From a virus (Duplodnaviria; Caudoviricetes): 64,000 bases of DNA. Made by a program: the position numbers and the translations under genes. The stretch lies in the IMG/VR virus record IMGVR_UViG_3300025678_000009, positions 1 to 64,000 of that record, one strand, 5' to 3'. Under the pieces are notes generated by a model that saw only the letters and a program-made list of their open reading frames with translations, had not been told where the DNA came from and did not search any database. Each line of letters opens with the position of its first letter. Position 1 is the first letter of the stretch. Shown here one piece after another: positions 57,025-64,000 of the stretch.

Positions 57025-57087
57025 AATCATTTTTAACTCTAAGCACCTATAGGAATTATCTTATAGGTGCTTTTTTAATTTAAAAAA

Positions 57088-60000
57088 ATGGAAAAAGAAA
57101 AAAGAATTTATTTAGTAGATGACTACAACTATGAAGTTGAAACGTCTCCTTTTAATTGGGATGATGAAAAATTTATATCTGAAGCAGAAATTCAAGGAAA
57201 TGTTTATAGTTTAGAAGGATTTGAAAAAGCTTGGAATGATAGAAGTTTACTCTCCAATTATACAATTAGAATAATATGACAAAAGTAGAATTTTTAAAAG
57301 ATGTATCTTATGCAATAGATAGAATGAGAGGAAAAATGACAATTTTTTATAAAAATAAACCTTTAAAAACTATCCTATTACATAAAAATATGGATTACAA
57401 TGAAAAGAATCAAAAATTAGCTGAAAAAATAGCATTAGAGTCACAAAAAGCAAAAGAATTAATAATATGAAAATAGAATTTGAAAATGAACCATTTGCAA
57501 TAGATAAATGGTTAGCAGGTGAAATAACAGTTGATGTAGGAGATGATTTAGAGTACAAAGAGGAAATATATCCTTTTACATTATTTGCTTCAAGTGATAA
57601 TGGAGTTTTAGAAGTAACTTGGACAGAAAATGAACCTTTTAAAAATTTAATCGAAATAGAAACAAAAATTAAACAAAAATACTTAGAAAATGAGAATAAT
57701 ACAAATAGCTTATGAACCTAATTTAAGTTTTGAATTTAAAAAATTTATAAAAACAAATGTAAACCCTTCAATGTGGTGTGATGACTCACAACAATATTTT
57801 ATAGATTTTATTATTGATTCAGTAGATAATTTAGATTTTGAAATAGAAGAGAATGATAATAAAACATTATTAAAATTTTTAGAACAAGGTATAGATTATA
57901 TAGAAATATGAGAAAATACTTAACTTATGATGATTTTTTAGGAAAATATCATCCTATAAAAAATCATTTAGATAAAAATGCTGGATATGATGGATATATG
58001 TTTGAAACTTTTGGAAAAGAATTAGAATTTGTGTTAAAAACTCAAATGCATTCTCCTCAACAAATATGGACTATAATAGATGGGGAGAATAATGACATGT
58101 GGATAATACCTGGCTATCATTATGAAAACAGATTAGGATTTATAATTACTAAAGAACCTATAAATAGAAATGAATTAGATGTAGAGTATTGTATGGAAAA
58201 TTATTACACTACAGGAGAAGCAAAAAATTACACTATAGAATGTATAGAGTCTATATTTAATAAAGATTTATCTGAAGAAGAAATTGATTTAATTAATAAT
58301 TATTATTCACAATTATGATAGAAGAAGTTGTATTAAAATTATCTGAAAATTTAATTCTAACTATAGAAGGACATTATTATCCAGAAGAACCTATGGTTTG
58401 GACTCTACCTAATGGTGATCCAGGACATCCTGGTTCTCCAAGTGAGTTTGAGATATATAACATAGAAATAACAAAAGGTAGTATCTATGATTTAATTGAC
58501 TATTTAAATGGGACTTCTGATTTATGGGAATTTTTAACAGATTTATGTATTAAAAAAATAGAGGAAAAATGAAACAGTTAACAAATGAAGGTTATAGGTC
58601 TAAAAGAAAACTCAAATTATTAGAAGAAGAAGGTATTGGACAATTATTATTGGACTTTTATCAGTTATCAAGTAGTTATAATACTCCTAATTGTACTGTA
58701 GAACAAAATGTAAATTTGTTAATATCTAAATTAAAACAAAAATATGACCTTATTTTAGAAGAGTTTAAACCTAAAGAACAAATAAAAATGAATTTATGAT
58801 AAATCAAGTAATAAATTATTATTGGGAAGATGAAAAGAAAAATTATGAAGAATTTCTTTTTGAGAATTATGAAAAATTCGTATTAGAAGAATTCAATAAA
58901 TTAAATTTAGAAGATAAAAACAATGTAATTTATTGGTTAAATACAGAATATGGTACAAATCATATATTTATGATATTATTAGAATTAAAAAATCAAATAA
59001 ATGAATAACACTTATTATAAAAAAGAAGGAAGAAAATACATTCCTGTGAATTATTATGAACCAGAGGGTTTATCAGAAGGTTTATGGTTAATAACTAAAA
59101 ATAAATATTCTAAACAATATAATAGCATGCTATTTCCGATTCTGGTACACGAATTACAAAATGTTGGAAAATTTTGTGATTTTTATAAAGCGTACAAAGA
59201 AGAAATACAAAAAGTTGTTATGAAAGAGTATGAAGATTTTTTTAAAAAGAAGCGAGAAGAAGATCAATCATTTTCTATTTCAGAATTAACAGATTGTATA
59301 ATTGCAGGATTAAGTAAAATAAAATAATTATGAAAAAATATTTTAGTTATAAAGATGGTTTTACAGATGCGTTACCAAATATTAATCAAACTGATTATTT
59401 ACAAGTAGTCAAATGCGAACATACAGAAAAAGAAGTATTGCAATTATATTATTTTGGAATGAATGGGGAAAATGCATTATGCTTACATTCAGAGGATGAA
59501 AAAAATACTCAAAAATCTGTAAAATTATTTAAACAAGAAAATCCAGATTTTTGTAAATATTTGGAATTTTTTACAGAAGATAACCCTATTAGATTTAATC
59601 AAATAATGAACAAATATTATGAAAGAAAATAAAGGTACAAGAGCTAAAAAAGTGATGTTTTCTAAATCCTTACATTTCATGGGGAGAAATGGTTATTATA
59701 AAGCAATTGGATTAGAAATGTGGAAATATAATGAATACCCAGAATTAGGAGTTCAAATATACCCAATTACTTCTAAAAATAAATTAGGAAATTGTCAAAT
59801 AGAAATTCCATTAGAAGATATTGATTTATTTATTGATACATTAAAAGATTTAAAATGAAAAAATTTATATTTTCTCATAAAAATAACTCAATTGTAATTC
59901 AACTAATTGCAGATAATTTTGAGGAGGCTGAAATTCTACTCGAAGAAATAGTGAAAGACACTTGGTGCTTTGTAGTAGAAAATGAAGAAGGAGAATAAAT

Positions 60001-60675
60001 GTAAAAATAATATTCAAAAATGAGTAAAATACATCAAAAAGTCATTGATTCTTTTTTAGAAGGTAAACAATGTAGAATAAATAATACAATGACAAATGGT
60101 TCGGAATTGTTTTTATTTAGTAATTGTATAGCAAGAAAAGATGGGAAAAATATGCAAGTAACTACTGCTAAATTCAATACTGTAACTACAAGAGACAGAT
60201 TAAATATGCTACCTGGAGTTTGGGTTAGATGCAGAAAAGGAAATTTACAAATAAATTTTCAATCTAAATGGCAGGATTGGGATGGTGAATGGATAAATAT
60301 AGAAAAATGAAAAAAGTAACTATAGAAGAATTACGAGAAGGAGATGAAATAATTGTTGCAAGTGGTTCAAAACTAAAATATTTAAAAGTTTTAAAAAACC
60401 CTACTTTATCAGACAAGAAGGGTTGGAAAAAGGATGTTGACGCAAATGGATATTTTTACTGGAATACTTCAGCAAATAAGTATAAAAATTTATTGTGTTC
60501 TACAACTGTAAATGAAGTAACGTATAAATTTAAGGGGTATAGAGCAACTCAGGTAGAATACTTTAAAACTTTTAAAGAGCCTGTTTATGAAAAAGATTCA
60601 ACAAAACACAACAAAAGAGTTAGCATAGATTTAAATTACAAAGACATTTTACTAATTAAAAGACGTGAGCAATGA
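57088..60675 (+). other. Run of 13 or more tightly packed small hypothetical CDSs (57088, 57276, 57467, 57690, 57908, 58315, 58569, 58796, 59001, 59330, 59619, 60020, 60289 and an unlisted ORF near 59855)
   Basis: Head-to-tail ORFs with ATGA overlaps and A-rich starts; no recognisable family. Confidence 0.6.
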
Positions 60676-62918
60676 TTTTAGAACAAAAGCAAACAAATTT
60701 ATTAATTGCAGGAGAAGACTCTTCTAAGAAGGCAACTATTAATCAAGGTAAAATTGCTAAATTGCAATACCTTTTAACAAAAGGTTTATATTCCGACCCT
60801 ATTAGCGCAACTATAGTTGAGCTGACCAATAATGGGGTAGATTCTATAGTACAATCAGGAAAAAATCCAATAGAACATCCAGTAATTGTTACAATTACAG
60901 ATTCTTTGTTATCTATAGAAGATAAAGGTATTGGTTTAAATAAAGAAGAGTTTGAAAATGTAGTGATGAATTATTTAACTTCTACTAAAGAAGATGATAA
61001 TCAAGCGATTGGGTATTTCGGAATTGGTTCGAAAAGTTTTTTATCATTAGATAGAAGTGCTACTTTTATTTGTAGAAAAGATGGTTTAGAGTATAAATTT
61101 TTGTGCTATCAAGGAGAAGAATTCTTAGAATACGATTTGATATATGAAAATGAAACCAAAGAAGAAAATGGTGTAAGAGTAGAAATTTCTATTAATGGTT
61201 GGAGAGAGAAATCTGATTTTGAAAATAAAGCAATTAAAAAATTAGCATATTATGATACAGTTTTATTGTATATAGATAACAAATTAATAGATAATAAAAT
61301 AATAAGAAATGAGCACTGGCAATATTCAAATAACTCGTGTAATAATTCATTACATTTTTGTTTAAAGGATGTTTATTACGAAATTGATTGGAATAAGTTG
61401 GGGATAAATAGAATTAATTTACCAATAGCTTTAAGATTTGGATTAGATTCTGGTATAACACCAACACCATCAAGAGAGAACATTTTATATACTGCTGAAA
61501 CAATAGAGCTAATAAAAAGAAAGATAGAAACAGTTGCAAATTGGTTCGTAGAAAAATACAATGAAAATGTTAAAGAATATGATACTATTTTAGATGCTTG
61601 GAAAGAATTTAATAAACATTCTAAATATGTAGAATTAAGAGACAAAACTTTTTGTATTGATTCCATTATTAAATATGCTACAGAAGTTCCTAAAGAATTC
61701 AGTGTAAAAAATCTTCCAGATGCTATATATTTTCACAATAAAGTTTTTTCTATCTTAAATAATTATCACTACGTAGGATATTCTGATTATTATGGAAATT
61801 TATATAAGAAAAATATAGGGGTTTGGAAAGCAGATTTTTTAATAGATAATACAAGCTTTACTGTAATAGTAAACGAAGTTCCGTCTAGGAATGTAAAAAG
61901 TTTTTTATTAGAAAAATATGAAGGTAAAGAAGTTTATTACTTGGTTCCCCATAAAGAACAAAAAAGAAGGTTTAAACCTGAAAAAGGTAAACTTCACGAT
62001 GAATTTTGTTATTGGGACATCTTAAATCTAAATAATGTATCTAAATCCAGTTGGAGTACTTATATTAGACAATTTAATTTAGTAGAGTCTCAATTTAGAG
62101 ATAAATTAATTGATGAAACTAATGTAGAGACATCTGAAGAATTCTTAAAATGGAAAGAAAATAAAAAACAAGAACGTAAATCTAAACCAAGAAATGTAGA
62201 TTCTAATTATGTAGTTTTAGATAAAAAAGAAGATGAATTTACTTTAGCTGTTTGTAGAAATTCAAGTTTTTATGGAAAATGTGCTTTTGATAAACAAACT
62301 GAAAAAGTACATGTAAGTTCTAAGAATAAATTTTTAACAGTTTATTTTGATGAAACAGACAGAGAAAAAGCAGAATTTTACTTTAAAATTGTAAAAAATA
62401 TTAGAATTGCCATCATTGGTAAAAGAGAAAGACTTAAAATTCAAAACAATCACAACTTTATGACACCAGAACAATTTGAAAAATCAAAACCATTTAGAAG
62501 ATTAGTAACAGCTATTAAATTTAGTAACTTGTTAGACAAATATCGAGATATGAAAAATAATTCTAACAGCATTATAAGAAAATGTTTACCTAAATTAAAT
62601 ACCGACTTAGAAATTTTAGAAGAATACGTTAGGAAAAATTTTAAAGATGCACATTCCTCTACTCAAATTATTATGGATTTAGCGGAATCTCAAAATCTTT
62701 GGGATTATGAACATATGGATACATATAATAGAATAGAAAAAGAATTAGAACAATATTCATTCTTACAATATCTTAAAGTACCTAGTTATTGGGACAAGAA
62801 AGCAGAAAAAGAAATTAACTCTATTATTACTAAAATGCTATATGTTCAAAAAACTGTCAGAGGTCTGCATGATAATATTGAAATCACAATTAAAAATGAA
62901 GAAAATGTTGCTGCTTAA
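60672..62918 (+). CDS. rIIA-like protein with N-terminal GHKL ATPase
   Basis: LYSDP...VELTNNGVDS...IEDKGIGL...STK...IGYFGIGSKS...NGVRVEI; G.TPTPSRE motif. Confidence 0.75.
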   Translation: MILEQKQTNLLIAGEDSSKKATINQGKIAKLQYLLTKGLYSDPISATIVELTNNGVDSIVQSGKNPIEHPVIVTITDSLLSIEDKGIGLNKEEFENVVMNYLTSTKEDDNQAIGYFGIGSKSFLSLDRSATFICRKDGLEYKFLCYQGEEFLEYDLIYENETKEENGVRVEISINGWREKSDFENKAIKKLAYYDTVLLYIDNKLIDNKIIRNEHWQYSNNSCNNSLHFCLKDVYYEIDWNKLGINRINLPIALRFGLDSGITPTPSRENILYTAETIELIKRKIETVANWFVEKYNENVKEYDTILDAWKEFNKHSKYVELRDKTFCIDSIIKYATEVPKEFSVKNLPDAIYFHNKVFSILNNYHYVGYSDYYGNLYKKNIGVWKADFLIDNTSFTVIVNEVPSRNVKSFLLEKYEGKEVYYLVPHKEQKRRFKPEKGKLHDEFCYWDILNLNNVSKSSWSTYIRQFNLVESQFRDKLIDETNVETSEEFLKWKENKKQERKSKPRNVDSNYVVLDKKEDEFTLAVCRNSSFYGKCAFDKQTEKVHVSSKNKFLTVYFDETDREKAEFYFKIVKNIRIAIIGKRERLKIQNNHNFMTPEQFEKSKPFRRLVTAIKFSNLLDKYRDMKNNSNSIIRKCLPKLNTDLEILEEYVRKNFKDAHSSTQIIMDLAESQNLWDYEHMDTYNRIEKELEQYSFLQYLKVPSYWDKKAEKEINSIITKMLYVQKTVRGLHDNIEITIKNEENVAA

Positions 62919-63141
62919 AAACTATTTAAAATCTCTACAAGAATTAATAGAAAAATATCCAGAAGCCAGTGAATATCCAATTATTTATTCTCATGATGAC
63001 GAAGGTAATGAATATCAAAGAGTTATAAATGAACCTTGTTTATGCCAAATAAAAGATTTAAACAAAGAATCTTATAGATACTTAGATTTAGTAGCATTTA
63101 TAAATGATGGTAGTGATTGTAACGCAGTAATAATTAATTAA
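62842..63141 (+). CDS. Hypothetical protein
   Basis: IIYSHDDEGNEYQRV motif; true start probably about 62896-62905. Confidence 0.55.
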   Translation: MFKKLSEVCMIILKSQLKMKKMLLLKNYLKSLQELIEKYPEASEYPIIYSHDDEGNEYQRVINEPCLCQIKDLNKESYRYLDLVAFINDGSDCNAVIIN

Positions 63142-63146
63142 AAAAT

Positions 63147-63482
63147 ATGGCAAGTCCTTATAAACATGCTTTAAATTCAGTAGAAAAATGGGGAGGCAAT
63201 TATAAAGATTACCTTCCTATTCATGAATTTTTAGATTCGACAAAATTACATTTAACTACATGGCAACATAGAGCCATTTTACATAATACATTTGGAGTAG
63301 GAATATGTGAACAAGTTTTTGGTACATTTATAACAAATTCTGATAAAAAAGAAATTGAAGTCAGATATATTGCCATAAAACACATAGAAGAAGATTGTGG
63401 AATAGTTCCTACAATAGAACAATGGTTAAATGATTTAAAACCTAAAAAATTTGCAATTAATTTTAAAAAAGAAACAAGATGA
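63147..63482 (+). CDS. DUF6915-like protein
   Basis: PYKHA.NSV.KWGG...YL.IHEFLDSTK...HRAILHN.FG...E.VFG...HI.EDCG.VPT. Confidence 0.75.
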   Translation: MASPYKHALNSVEKWGGNYKDYLPIHEFLDSTKLHLTTWQHRAILHNTFGVGICEQVFGTFITNSDKKEIEVRYIAIKHIEEDCGIVPTIEQWLNDLKPKKFAINFKKETR

Positions 63483-63793
63483 ATGTAAAACAAACAATTA
63501 AAGACTTAAAAGTAAAATTTCCTAATATCAATAAAATAAGTATTGAATATATAGGAAGTGGAGATAGTTTTGAAGATTTTTGGAATTTAGAAACTACTCC
63601 AGAATCAGATATTGAACAATCTGATATTGAAGATTTATTATGGTATGCTATAGATAATTCTGATGCTAATTTTAATAATGAAGGGTCAGAAGGAGAAATC
63701 ATAATTGATTTAGATAATGAAAAAATGTCTATTGATAATTATTGGATAATTTATGATAAGCAGTCTACAGGATTAGTCACGTTTGAAGAATAA
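63479..63793 (+). CDS. DUF6878-like protein
   Basis: ISIEYIGSGDS...NNEGSEGEIIIDL; adjacent to the DUF6915-like gene. Confidence 0.65.
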   Translation: MNVKQTIKDLKVKFPNINKISIEYIGSGDSFEDFWNLETTPESDIEQSDIEDLLWYAIDNSDANFNNEGSEGEIIIDLDNEKMSIDNYWIIYDKQSTGLVTFEE

Positions 63794-63806
63794 CTAATTA
63801 ATAACA

Positions 63807-63843
63807 GGTAAAGATAGGTAGAAATATCTATCTTTACTTTTAA
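63807..63843 (+). terminator. Intrinsic terminator
   Basis: GTAAAGATAGGTA...TATCTATCTTTAC stem followed by a T-run. Confidence 0.6.
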
Positions 63844-63853
63844 ATTTGACAAA

Positions 63854-64000
63854 ATGATTTATTTAAAACAGTTAAAAAGTAGTAATTGGAAAAAGTCTGA
63901 TTTATGGAATTACGATATTGTTTTAGAAGTTGATGAATTAGAAGAATGGTGGAAAAATAAAATAGGTAAAGTAATTAAAGCTACTTATAGTCAATCCAAA
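63854..64000 (+). CDS. Hypothetical protein, partial (runs off window end)
   Basis: Open frame MIYLKQLKSSNWKKSDLWNYDIV... continues to the edge. Confidence 0.45.
   Translation, partial: MIYLKQLKSSNWKKSDLWNYDIVLEVDELEEWWKNKIGKVIKATYSQSK

Noticed and set aside
39171-63702. Minus-strand ORF-track entries in the right half (39171, 40946, 44706, 45761, 56293, 57370, 61376, 63221, 63463) and 43623 (+)
   Set aside because: Antisense or alternate-frame overlaps of supported genes, without start context.
1-64000. Genome-wide stop-codon reassignment, as in some crAss-like phages
   Set aside because: All large genes are intact in code 11, and TAG and TGA terminate genes at sensible positions; only isolated in-frame stops occur.

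Overview
This is a 64-kb segment of a very AT-rich tailed dsDNA phage genome. Gene content and order suggest a crAss-like (Crassvirales-related) phage of Bacteroidota: host-type TAnnTTTG promoters, A-rich translation starts without Shine-Dalgarno motifs, a ~900-aa portal, ~700-aa terminase and ~550-aa capsid protein. This assignment is inference. Positions 1-21.3 kb (minus strand) hold the virion and packaging module: tail fibre/collar proteins, a LysM-GH19 lysin, a putative auxiliary capsid protein, ring protein, major capsid, scaffold, portal, terminase, PD-(D/E)XK nuclease and a ClpP-like protein. From 21.3 kb to the end (almost all plus strand) lie small early genes, several structured non-coding elements, a glycosyl-/methyltransferase cluster, free-standing homing endonucleases, and replication genes (SF2 helicase, PolA, DnaB-like helicase, AAA ATPase, primase, DUF932-like protein, rIIA-like GHKL ATPase). 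The standout feature is at ~34.6-36.6 kb: a compositionally distinct array of five small gene cassettes separated by attC-like hairpins. Each cassette's first ~15 bp are complementary to its OWN end rather than to the neighbouring half-site, which is the footprint of integron-type site-specific excision and insertion. No integrase is present in the window, and two of the sites carry the start codon of the downstream gene inside their loop. No tRNA, rRNA or CRISPR array was recognised. Family assignments come from motif recognition only; no database searches were run.
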